Shown: positions 9,206-17,450 of the stretch, one piece after another | Position numbering within the stretch: position 1 is the first letter of the stretch | How the letters are laid out: each line of letters opens with the position of its first letter | Assembly (NCBI GenBank): GCA_964517415.1 | Contig: CAZFCA010000003.1 | Span: 24,333-88,332 of the forward strand | Reading direction: 5' to 3' | From: an uncultured Rhodospirillaceae bacterium | Lineage (GTDB): Bacteria > Pseudomonadota > Alphaproteobacteria > UBA9219 | DNA: 64,000 nucleotides | Position numbers and translations under genes: made by a program | The notes under the pieces: model-generated | Databases searched by the model: none | The model's input: the letters and a program-made list of their open reading frames with translations, nothing else | What the model was told of the DNA's origin: nothing

Positions 9206-10105
9206 ATGAATCCGAAAAATACGTCCCTTTGGACCGCGCTTATAACCCCCTTCACGCCTGACCTTGCGGCCGTCGATTACGAGACGCTGATAAAACTGGC
9301 CAAGCGGCAGGAGGCCGCCGGCAACGGCGTCATGATTCTTGGCAGCACGGGTGAATCCATCTCCCTAACGGACGAGGAAAAACGTGAAATTGTGCGCCTT
9401 GTTTGCGGATTAAAACTTCAAGTCCCCGTCATGGTCGGCACGCCCAATCTGAATTACATACAAACCATGGCTTGGATCGATTTCTGCCGAGGTTGCGGCG
9501 CGGACGCCTATCTTGCGGCCACGCCCGTCTACACAAAGCCCGGAGCCGAGGGGCAAGTCGACTGGTTCACAAAGATATTCGATTCCGTTGACGCGCCGGT
9601 GATGCTGTACAACATTCCCTCGCGCACAGGCGCGGTTCTACAGCCCGCCGTGTTGAAAGCGTTGAAAGGCCATAAAAACTTCTGGGGCATCAAAGAGTCC
9701 TCAGGTCTTGATATGTACATCGAGTACAACGCCGCCGCGCCGAATATCTCCCTTTATTGCGGCGACGATTATATGTTCGTGGCGGCTGCAACCATCGGCG
9801 CCGTCGGCCTTGTCTCGGTGGCGGCCAACATGTGGCCGGAGGCCTGCAACGCCTATGTGAAGGCCTGCCTAAACGGCACCTATCGCGGGCAGGAATGGTG
9901 GCGCATCAGCAAGGCTTTGTTTGCGGCCTCTAACCCCATACCCGTCAAGGCCTTGATGCAGCATAAGGGCGTCCTGCCTTCGGGCGCGGTGCGCTTGCCT
10001 TTAAGCGCAAAGGATCTCGCTTCGATGGACGGCGTGATCGCGGCCGACGAAAAAGTAGCGGAATGGGCCAGCCGCTTCCAAATCGCCAAGGGCAAAGCGG
10101 CATGA
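9206..10105 (+). CDS. dapA: 4-hydroxy-tetrahydrodipicolinate synthase
   Basis: DapA/NAL aldolase family, with TPFTPD...GSTGES near the N-terminus, about 299 aa. Confidence 0.85.
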   Translation: MNPKNTSLWTALITPFTPDLAAVDYETLIKLAKRQEAAGNGVMILGSTGESISLTDEEKREIVRLVCGLKLQVPVMVGTPNLNYIQTMAWIDFCRGCGADAYLAATPVYTKPGAEGQVDWFTKIFDSVDAPVMLYNIPSRTGAVLQPAVLKALKGHKNFWGIKESSGLDMYIEYNAAAPNISLYCGDDYMFVAAATIGAVGLVSVAANMWPEACNAYVKACLNGTYRGQEWWRISKALFAASNPIPVKALMQHKGVLPSGAVRLPLSAKDLASMDGVIAADEKVAEWASRFQIAKGKAA

Positions 10106-11304
10106 CCTTCGTCAACGAAAACTTCTCGAAGCTGTCGGAAAGCTATCTTTTCGCCGAGATCTCAAGACGCGTCGAAGCGTATAAGAAAGACAATCCTTCG
10201 AAAGCGCCGAGTATCGTGCGCTGCGGCATCGGCGATGTCACGGAGCCCTTACCCGCCGCTTGCATCGCGGCCCTGCACAAGGCCGTCGATGAAATGGCGG
10301 CGCGAGAAACATTTCGCGGTTACGGCCCCGATTACGGATATGAGTTCCTGCGCCATGCCATTGCGGAAGACTATCGCCAGCGCGGCATGGCTCTTTCGGA
10401 TGACGAGGTTTTCGTTTCCGACGGCAGCAAGTGCGATTGCGCAAACATTCTGGATATCTTCGGCAATGGCAATCGCATATTGATGCCCGACCCCGTTTAT
10501 CCCGTTTATGCCGACACCAACATCATGGCGGGGAACGAAAACGTCGGGTTTCTTGACGGCAACGCGGAAAACGGGTTTGTTCCCGCGCCCCCCGACGCGC
10601 CTGCGGATCTTATCTACCTATGCTTTCCCAACAATCCCACAGGCGCCGTCGCAACGCGCGAGGGACTCAAAGCATGGGTGGACTACGCCTTGCGGCACCG
10701 GGCCGTTATCCTGTTTGATGCGGCGTACGAAGCCTATATCCGCAATCCGGAGCTGCCGCGCTCCATCTATGAAATCCCGGGCGCAACGGAATGCGCCATC
10801 GAGATGCGCAGCTTCTCGAAAAACGGCGGGTTTACCGGCCTGCGCTGCGGCTTTTGCGTGATCCCGAAAACGGTCAAGGGAAGGCGCAAAAACGGCGAGA
10901 CGCAGTTCTTGCATGCCTTATGGCGGCGGAGGCAATCGACGAAATTCAACGGCGTCGCCTACCCCGTCCAGCGCGCGGCTGAAGCCATATATTCGCCTGA
11001 AGGGAAAATTCAGGTCGCGATGCTAACCGATTTTTATTTGGAAAACGCGCGGCTGTTTGCGGGCGCATTGAACAGACGGGGTTTGAAATTCTCCGGCGGC
11101 GCGGACGCGCCCTATGTCTGGGTCAGGAATTTCGAGGGCAAAACCAGTTGGGAAATGTTCACGATATTGCTGGAGCAAGCGAACATCGTCATAACCCCGG
11201 GAGTCGGCTTCGGCTCGAAAGGCGAAGGATATTTTCGCATTTCGTCCTTCAATAGCCGCGAAAGTGTCCTCGAAGCCTGCCGCCGCCTAGAAGCCTTGAA
11301 ATAA
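10102..11304 (+). CDS. dapL: LL-diaminopimelate aminotransferase
   Basis: N-terminal NENFSKLSESYLFAEI...GIGDVTEPLP and the PLP-lysine region SFSKNGGFTGLRCGF are characteristic of DapL. The ATG at 10102 overlaps the dapA stop (ATGA). The ORF-track start at 10063 is probably too far upstream. Confidence 0.8.
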   Translation: MTFVNENFSKLSESYLFAEISRRVEAYKKDNPSKAPSIVRCGIGDVTEPLPAACIAALHKAVDEMAARETFRGYGPDYGYEFLRHAIAEDYRQRGMALSDDEVFVSDGSKCDCANILDIFGNGNRILMPDPVYPVYADTNIMAGNENVGFLDGNAENGFVPAPPDAPADLIYLCFPNNPTGAVATREGLKAWVDYALRHRAVILFDAAYEAYIRNPELPRSIYEIPGATECAIEMRSFSKNGGFTGLRCGFCVIPKTVKGRRKNGETQFLHALWRRRQSTKFNGVAYPVQRAAEAIYSPEGKIQVAMLTDFYLENARLFAGALNRRGLKFSGGADAPYVWVRNFEGKTSWEMFTILLEQANIVITPGVGFGSKGEGYFRISSFNSRESVLEACRRLEALK

Positions 11305-11363
11305 ATATCCCTCTTTGACGTTTATCAAACACGCCGCGCCGCGCTTTCTTCAGGCTGCAACGC

Positions 11364-11747
11364 TTGTCCGGAAAGCGGGGCGGCATGCTGACGAAAGAAG
11401 AAACGCGCATTTTGCGCAGCCAAGGCACCGAGAAGCCTTTTTCAAGCCATTTGCTTCAGGAACGCCGCAAAGGCACTTATATCTGCGCGGCTTGCGGCGC
11501 GGAGCTTTTCACATCCGACATGAAGTACGACAGCGGGACGGGATGGCCTAGCTTTTACGATTCGATCCCCAACCGCGTCGAAACGCGCATCGAAACGCCG
11601 CTTGGCTCGCCGCGCATCGAATATCACTGCACGCGCTGCGGCGGCCATCAGGGGCATATTTTCGAAGACGGCCCTCCACCCACTGGCCTGCGCTATTGCA
11701 ATAACGGGCTATCCCTAAAATTCGTTCCCGAACAGCCGGAGGTTTGA
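11364..11747 (+). CDS. msrB: peptide-methionine (R)-S-oxide reductase
   Basis: Two CxxC pairs (CAACGAELF...CTRCGGHQGHIF) and the GWPSF motif. Confidence 0.9.
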   Translation: MSGKRGGMLTKEETRILRSQGTEKPFSSHLLQERRKGTYICAACGAELFTSDMKYDSGTGWPSFYDSIPNRVETRIETPLGSPRIEYHCTRCGGHQGHIFEDGPPPTGLRYCNNGLSLKFVPEQPEV

Positions 11748-12362
11748 ATGGCATATTTCTGCGAATCTGCGTCGTTTCCAGTTCTTCTTCCCGATCCGCG
11801 CATGGACGAATTGCCCGCCGATAAATGTGCCCTGCAAAGCATAGTCCTTGCGGGAGGCTGCTTTTGGGGCATGGAAATGGTGTTCCGGCATGTGGCGGGC
11901 GTCGTCAACGTCCTGGCAGGCTATGCGGGCGGCGCGCCTTATACGGCGCATTACGAAAGCGTGAACCTAGGCACAACAGAACATGCGGAATGCGTCAAAA
12001 TATATTACGATTTGTCGCAAATTACCTTGGGGAAAATCCTCAAAATCTTTTTTTCGGTCGCTCACGATCCGACGCAAGTCAATCATCAGGGGCCGGATAT
12101 CGGGAAGCAATACCGCTCCGCCATATTTTATTCTTCCGACTCCCAGCGGCGCATCGCCGAAGCCTATATCGTTCAGTTGAAAGAGGCCAAACTTTTTCCG
12201 CGCCCCATCGCGACGAAACCGGAACCCTTGCGCGGCTTTTACATGGCCGAGGACTACCACCAAAATTATGCCGAAAACCACGCCGAAGTTGCTTATGTGT
12301 TGGCAAACGATCTGCCAAAAATTGCCGCGCTGAAAGATACATTTCCAGAGATATATATTTAA
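11748..12362 (+). CDS. msrA: peptide-methionine (S)-S-oxide reductase
   Basis: GGCFWG active-site motif, about 204 aa, directly downstream of msrB. Confidence 0.9.
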   Translation: MAYFCESASFPVLLPDPRMDELPADKCALQSIVLAGGCFWGMEMVFRHVAGVVNVLAGYAGGAPYTAHYESVNLGTTEHAECVKIYYDLSQITLGKILKIFFSVAHDPTQVNHQGPDIGKQYRSAIFYSSDSQRRIAEAYIVQLKEAKLFPRPIATKPEPLRGFYMAEDYHQNYAENHAEVAYVLANDLPKIAALKDTFPEIYI

Positions 12363-12565
12363 GCCTTTCGGCAGAGTGTCAGTCCCCACGAAGAACGGGT
12401 TAGCGTACCGAGATGCGGAATGACGAACCTTACACTGAGTCTGGGCTGGACGCCGCCGGAGATTAGTCTCGCCGGAGAGATAAATCGTTTAATTCCAATA
12501 GGTTGTGCGTTTTCCTCTTCTTTCGTTTTATCTGGAGGTCGGAGCGCTTTATGGATATGCTCGGC

Positions 12566-12622
12566 AACCTTATACCAATCGCCCTATGACTCGCATGGGT
12601 CACGAGCGGGAACAGGTGCATC
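12566..12622 (+). repeat. partial copy (5' end) of the dispersed MITE-like repeat, abutting the accD start codon
   Basis: ATACCAATCGCCCTATGACTCGCATGGGTCACGAGCGG matches the 5' TIR plus the GGGTCACGAGCGG core of the repeat family (see findings). Confidence 0.45.
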
Positions 12623-13540
12623 ATGAATTGGCTTACGAATTTCGTGCGTCCGAAAATCCGCGCCCTTGTCGGCGAGAAGAAGGACATTCCCGATAATCTT
12701 TGGGAGAAATGCCCGGGATGCAGCGCCATGCTTTTCCGCAAAGATATGGAAGATAATTTCCATGTCTGCAAAACGTGCGGCTTTCATTTAAAACTGCCTC
12801 CCGCCAAACGCCTCGAAAGCCTTTTCGACGACGGGAAATATAAGAACGTGCCCGTGCCGAAGGTCATTGTCGACCCTTTGAAATTCCGCGACCAAAAAAA
12901 GTATACCGACCGCCTGAAGGACGCGCAGAACAAAACCAAGAACAACGACGCCGTGATCGTCGCCGAAGGCATGGTCAACGGCGTTAAAACCGTCATGGCG
13001 GTTTTCGACTTTTCTTTCATGGGCGGCTCGATGGGCAGCGGCGTGGGCGAAGCGCTCCTCACCGCCGCACGGCGCGCTGTATCGGCTCGCGCTTCTTTCG
13101 TGGCCATTCCGGCTTCGGGCGGCGCGCGCATGCAGGAAGGCATGCTGTCCTTAATGCAAATGCCGCGCACGGTCATCGCAGCCAATCTGGTCAAAGACGC
13201 GGGATTGCCCTTTATCGTCATTCTCACCGATCCGACAACGGGCGGCGTGACCGCCAGCTTTGCGATGGTGGGCGATATTCACATCGCCGAAAAAGGCGCG
13301 CAAATCGGCTTCGCGGGCGCGCGCGTGATCGAAAGCACGATACGCGAAACCCTGCCGCAGGGCTTTCAGCGAGCGGAATACCTACTCGAACATGGCATGG
13401 TCGATATCGTCGTGGAGCGCAAGGATTTGCGCGAAACGCTGGGCCGAATCTTGCGACTTTTGAAGAAAGAAAAAGCTACGCCCGCCAACGCCCTCACCGG
13501 CCCCGTCCCCCACGGCGCACGAGGCGGGAAGAGGATTTAG
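12623..13540 (+). CDS. accD: acetyl-CoA carboxylase carboxyltransferase subunit beta
   Basis: Zinc-ribbon CPGCSAMLF...CKTCGFH and the carboxyltransferase domain. Confidence 0.9.
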   Translation: MNWLTNFVRPKIRALVGEKKDIPDNLWEKCPGCSAMLFRKDMEDNFHVCKTCGFHLKLPPAKRLESLFDDGKYKNVPVPKVIVDPLKFRDQKKYTDRLKDAQNKTKNNDAVIVAEGMVNGVKTVMAVFDFSFMGGSMGSGVGEALLTAARRAVSARASFVAIPASGGARMQEGMLSLMQMPRTVIAANLVKDAGLPFIVILTDPTTGGVTASFAMVGDIHIAEKGAQIGFAGARVIESTIRETLPQGFQRAEYLLEHGMVDIVVERKDLRETLGRILRLLKKEKATPANALTGPVPHGARGGKRI

Positions 13541-13544
13541 GTAA

Positions 13545-13600
13545 CAGGATTCAGGATTGGGGGGAGAAACAATTTCCCTGAATCCCGAATCCTGAATCCA
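13545..13600. terminator. bidirectional hairpin terminator between the convergent accD and hslU genes
   Basis: Long inverted repeat CAGGATTCAGGATTGGGG ... CCCTGAATCCCGAATCCTG. Confidence 0.5.
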
Positions 13601-13602
13601 TC

Positions 13603-14922
13603 TTACAAAATAAACTTCGATAAATCCGCGTTTTGGGCAAAGTCCTGAAGCCGTTCGCGCACATAAGCGCCGTCGATCACGATTTTCGAATCCGGCTTGT
13701 CGCTGGCGTCGAAGCTGATGTCCTCAAGCAGCTTTTCAAGAAGCGTATGAAGCCGCCGCGCGCCAATATTCTCCACGCTTTCGTTGACTTCGACCGCCAG
13801 TCCCGCCAAGGCATCAATCGCATCGTCGGTGAATTCCAAATCCACCCTTTCCGTCTCCAAAAGAGCCTTGTACTGCTTCACAAGGCTCGCTTCAGGCTCG
13901 GTCAGAATGCGCCGGAAATCGTCGCGCGTCAGCGGCTTCAATTCCACGCGAATGGGAAGCCGCCCCTGCAATTCCGGCAAAAGGTCGGAAGGCTTCGCCA
14001 ACTGAAAAGCGCCCGATGCAATAAACAAAATATGATCCGTCCGCACGGTGCCGTATTTCGTCGAAACGCTCGTGCCTTCGATCAGAGGCAAAAGATCTCG
14101 CTGCACGCCTTCGCGGCTCACGTCCCCGCCGCCTCGGAAGGTTTCCGACCGCGCGGCGATTTTGTCGATCTCGTCCAAGAAAACGATTCCATTTTGCTCC
14201 ACTTCGTCGATGGCGACTTCGATCACCTTGTCCATGTCGAGCAATTTATCGGACTCTTCGGCATGCAAAATGTCCAGCGCTTCAGGAACAAGCAGCTTGC
14301 GCATCTTCGTGCGCTGCCCCGCCCCCAGTTTGCCGATCATGTCGCCGATGTTGATCATGCCCATCTGCGCGCCGGGCATGCCCGGAACGTCGAACATCGG
14401 CATGCCGGCTTGCGCGGAATCCTGCACCTGAATCTCAACTTCGCGCTCGTCCAATTCGCCGTTTTTCAGCATATGGCGGAACTTCGTGCGCGTTTCGGGC
14501 GTGGCGCTTTCGCCGACCAAAGCATCCAGTAAACGATCCTCAGCCGCTTTTTCGGCGCGAGGGTTCAATTCCTTGCCCATGCGCGTGCGCACCATTTTGA
14601 TGGCGATGTCCACAAGATCGCGCACGATCTGCTCCACGTCGCGACCGACATAGCCGACTTCCGTAAATTTCGTCGCTTCGACTTTATAGAACGGCGCTTG
14701 CGCCAACCGCGCAAGCCGTCGCGCGATTTCCGTTTTGCCAATGCCGGTCGGCCCGATCATCAGGATATTCTTGGGCACGACTTCCTCGCGCAGGCCTTCC
14801 GGCAATTGCTGGCGCCTCCAGCGGTTGCGCAAGGCCACGGCGACGGCGCGCTTGGCGTCGTTCTGGCCGATAATATATCTGTTTAACTCAGCGGTGATTT
14901 CTTTTGGCGATAATGGGGTCAT
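13603..14922 (-). CDS. hslU: ATP-dependent protease ATPase subunit HslU
   Basis: Walker [16 protein letters not shown], a long I-domain, and a C-terminal AAA lid. The start overlaps the hslV stop. Confidence 0.95.
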   Translation of the reverse strand: MTPLSPKEITAELNRYIIGQNDAKRAVAVALRNRWRRQQLPEGLREEVVPKNILMIGPTGIGKTEIARRLARLAQAPFYKVEATKFTEVGYVGRDVEQIVRDLVDIAIKMVRTRMGKELNPRAEKAAEDRLLDALVGESATPETRTKFRHMLKNGELDEREVEIQVQDSAQAGMPMFDVPGMPGAQMGMINIGDMIGKLGAGQRTKMRKLLVPEALDILHAEESDKLLDMDKVIEVAIDEVEQNGIVFLDEIDKIAARSETFRGGGDVSREGVQRDLLPLIEGTSVSTKYGTVRTDHILFIASGAFQLAKPSDLLPELQGRLPIRVELKPLTRDDFRRILTEPEASLVKQYKALLETERVDLEFTDDAIDALAGLAVEVNESVENIGARRLHTLLEKLLEDISFDASDKPDSKIVIDGAYVRERLQDFAQNADLSKFIL

Positions 14923-15497
14923 GATTTCTCTATTTCTATGCTTTCAAGCGTAACGTTGGTGTTCGTGTAAACGCAGATTCCCGCCGCAATGCCCAGCGCC
15001 TTTCGCGCGATGGTTTCGGCGTCGATGGAGTCCACATCCATCAAAGCCCGCGCCGCCGCAAGCGCATATGGCCCGCCTGAGCCAATGCCGATAAGCCCGT
15101 CTTCCGGCTCCAAAACATCGCCCGTGCCTGAAAGGATAAGGTTCGTCGATTTGTCCGCCACAGCCATCATGGCTTCAAGGCGGCGCAAATAGCGGTCAGT
15201 TCTCCAATCCTTGGCCATCTCCACGCAAGCGCGCATCAATTGGCCAGGGTGCTTTTCCAGCTTGGTCTCCAAACGCTCGAAAAGCGCGAAGGCGTCCGCA
15301 GTCGTGCCCGCGAAACCGGCAATCACGTCCAGCCCGCCGCCTGATTTCAAGCGACGCACTTTTCTGGCATTGCCTTTGACGATAGTGGCGCCCATCGAAA
15401 CCTGGCCATCGCCCGCAACGACAACTTTGTTGCCCTTGCGAACGGCGATGATCGTCGTGCCGCGCCAATTTGGGGAAGAGGAATCTGTCATGTACAA
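14919..15497 (-). CDS. hslV: ATP-dependent protease subunit HslV
   Basis: [23 protein letters not shown]-terminal threonine protease motif. The true start is probably the Met two codons in. Confidence 0.95.
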   Translation of the reverse strand: MYMTDSSSPNWRGTTIIAVRKGNKVVVAGDGQVSMGATIVKGNARKVRRLKSGGGLDVIAGFAGTTADAFALFERLETKLEKHPGQLMRACVEMAKDWRTDRYLRRLEAMMAVADKSTNLILSGTGDVLEPEDGLIGIGSGGPYALAAARALMDVDSIDAETIARKALGIAAGICVYTNTNVTLESIEIEKS

Positions 15498-15527
15498 AAA
15501 GAGGCTAGGGGTTCATCAACTCCTTAA

Positions 15528-15556
15528 TAGATGGGAGAATTTCCAAAAGAAACAAG
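15528..15556 (-). promoter_or_regulatory. candidate sigma-32 (RpoH)-type promoter for hslVU
   Basis: Minus strand reads CTTGTTT, a 14-nt spacer, then CCCATCTA, resembling the CTTGAAA-N13-15-CCCCATNT heat-shock consensus. Confidence 0.35.
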
Positions 15557-15618
15557 AGGCGCGTTTTCTGTTTAAATTCCTTGTGTTAGACACTTTTGTT
15601 ATTTAAACAAGCATAACC

Positions 15619-16353
15619 ATGCTGACTTTATACCCATCCCTGCACATCAAAGACGGCGCCGTTGCGCGGTTAACTCGAACCAGCAGAGACCTTCGCCAGG
15701 CCGAACTGCTTCACCCCAACCCCATTCAATGCGCGGCGGAATTCGAAGCAGACGGTTTTCCATGGCTTCACATCGTCGATCTGGACGCCGCGTTTTCTGA
15801 ATCCATGACGAATGCAGCATGTATCGAAACGATGATCAAGAGGGCGAAAATACCTATCCAGCTTTCCGGCGGCATTCATAGTATGCTGGATATGGATAAA
15901 TGGTTCGACAAAGGCGCTTCCTGCATCGTCCTGACTTCGGCGGCGCATACAAGCCCCGCGCTGGTCCGCGAGGCGGCCAAACGCTTTCCCGGAAAGATAG
16001 CGGTGAAGATCGATTCCCTCGGAGGCTTTGTGGCGAATACGGGATGGACGGAGGCTTCGTCGCTCAAGGCGCTCGATCTCGCCTTGCGAGTCGAGGAAGC
16101 GGGCGTAGCTAAAATCATATATGCGGATATCAATGTGGACAGCGCGCTAAGCGAAATCGACATCGAATCCACAATTGACTTGGCCTTTGCCCTGACAATT
16201 CCCGTCGTCGCCTCGGGCGGCGTGAATTCCCTGCAAGAGCTGGCGGAACTGAATTCCCACACGGATTCCGGTATTGCGGGACTCCTTTTAGGCCGCGCCT
16301 TGTACAACGGCACGATCAGCGCCAAACAAGCCCTCGAAGTAGCGAATTCTTAA
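15619..16353 (+). CDS. HisA-like (beta/alpha)8-barrel protein with the N-terminal catalytic Asp substituted by His
   Basis: Aligns along its length with HisA (SGGIHS, ADINVDSALSEID, ASGGVNS, GRAL). The N-terminal motif is LYPSLHIKDG instead of IPAIDLKDG. Confidence 0.7.
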   Translation: MLTLYPSLHIKDGAVARLTRTSRDLRQAELLHPNPIQCAAEFEADGFPWLHIVDLDAAFSESMTNAACIETMIKRAKIPIQLSGGIHSMLDMDKWFDKGASCIVLTSAAHTSPALVREAAKRFPGKIAVKIDSLGGFVANTGWTEASSLKALDLALRVEEAGVAKIIYADINVDSALSEIDIESTIDLAFALTIPVVASGGVNSLQELAELNSHTDSGIAGLLLGRALYNGTISAKQALEVANS

Positions 16354-16436
16354 AAGACTCGCGCTAGATTGCGAATGGGACTCTTTGCCATCCGTCCCTT
16401 TGTGATATAATGCCCTGAAGAATCAGGAGTTTTCTT

Positions 16437-16784
16437 TTGCAATCGACCGCCGACACCCCTCTTTATGCAGTAACCGGTCCCGATGTCATGGATACGGACA
16501 CGTATCTAAGCAGCGCGAACGCGCCGGATATCGAGGAAGACATGCGCCTGTGCATCCAAAGCGGCGCGCGGCGCATGATCTTGAACTGCGCGCCCTTGAA
16601 ATACGCGACATCGGCGGGTCTGCGCGCCCTGCTCGGCATCGCACGCGAGATGTATGCTGTTGGAGGAACCGTACAAATCAAAGGCCTGAAAAGCCAGCCG
16701 CGCCAGCTTTTCTTCGCCTGCGGCTTGGACAGCATCATTCCTCTGGTTAAAGAAGAAACCCGCTTTCCCGCTTATCGGGATTAA
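16437..16784 (+). CDS. STAS-domain protein (anti-sigma-factor antagonist-like)
   Basis: The sequence ...[51 protein letters not shown] is typical of SpoIIAA-like STAS domains. The true start may be an internal Met. Confidence 0.6.
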   Translation: MQSTADTPLYAVTGPDVMDTDTYLSSANAPDIEEDMRLCIQSGARRMILNCAPLKYATSAGLRALLGIAREMYAVGGTVQIKGLKSQPRQLFFACGLDSIIPLVKEETRFPAYRD

Positions 16785-16786
16785 TC

Positions 16787-17245
16787 ATGCAAACCGTATC
16801 AATCGCCATCAAGACGCTCCCTCATACCGAAAATCTGGCCTTGCCTTCGTATGCAACCGAGCATGCGGCGGGAATGGATCTTTGCGCCGCCGTTAAAGAC
16901 GATGTGGTTTTAAAGCCCGGGGAGCGCAAGCTCATTCCAACGGGACTTTCCATCGCCTTGCCCGAAGGATATGAGGCGCAGGTGCGCCCCCGCTCCGGCC
17001 TCGCTCTTAAAAACGGCCTTTCGGTTTTGAACAGCCCTGGCACGATCGATGCGGACTATCGCGGCGAAGTGCAGGTCATCCTTGCGAATTTAGGCGGGGA
17101 ACCTTTCACGGTTACGCGCGGCATGCGCATCGCGCAGATGGTCGTCGCGCCCTATACGCGGGTCGAATGGCACAAGGTCGACAAGCTCCCCGAAACCGCG
17201 CGCGGCGCGGGCGGCTTCGGCTCGACAGGCGTAGGAGAATACTAA
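16787..17245 (+). CDS. dut: dUTP diphosphatase
   Basis: Motifs [22 protein letters not shown] and a C-terminal GGFGSTGV. Confidence 0.9.
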   Translation: MQTVSIAIKTLPHTENLALPSYATEHAAGMDLCAAVKDDVVLKPGERKLIPTGLSIALPEGYEAQVRPRSGLALKNGLSVLNSPGTIDADYRGEVQVILANLGGEPFTVTRGMRIAQMVVAPYTRVEWHKVDKLPETARGAGGFGSTGVGEY

Positions 17246-17247
17246 CG

Positions 17248-17443
17248 ACCCAATGAAATGACTCATTCGGAGTCACGAGCGGTTGCGAGGATCCCGCCAC
17301 TTACCGTATTTGAGCTTTTGCATTAACAACAAACATATTCAGTACGGTAAGTGGCGGGCGAGGCGCAGAGCGAGTGAAGTCGAGCGATGCAGAGCGAGTG
17401 AAGTCGAGCGATATGGATATGTTCATTGGTTGTTTGGAATAAA
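17248..17443 (+). repeat. MITE-like dispersed repeat, full copy A (with an internal 24-bp tandem duplication)
   Basis: 5' TIR CCAATGAAATGA, then GAGTCACGAGCGGTTGCGAGGA, then GCGAGGCGCAGAGCGAGTGAAGTCGAGCGAT repeated twice, then 3' TIR ATATGTTCATTGGTTGTTTGGAAT. Confidence 0.7.
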
Positions 17444-17450
17444 ACCAGCG

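Noticed and set aside
13633-14532. 299-aa plus-strand ORF antisense to hslU
   Set aside because: hslU on the minus strand is unambiguous (Walker A, full-length homology). The antisense frame is the usual GC-rich shadow ORF with an R/A/H-rich nonsense translation.
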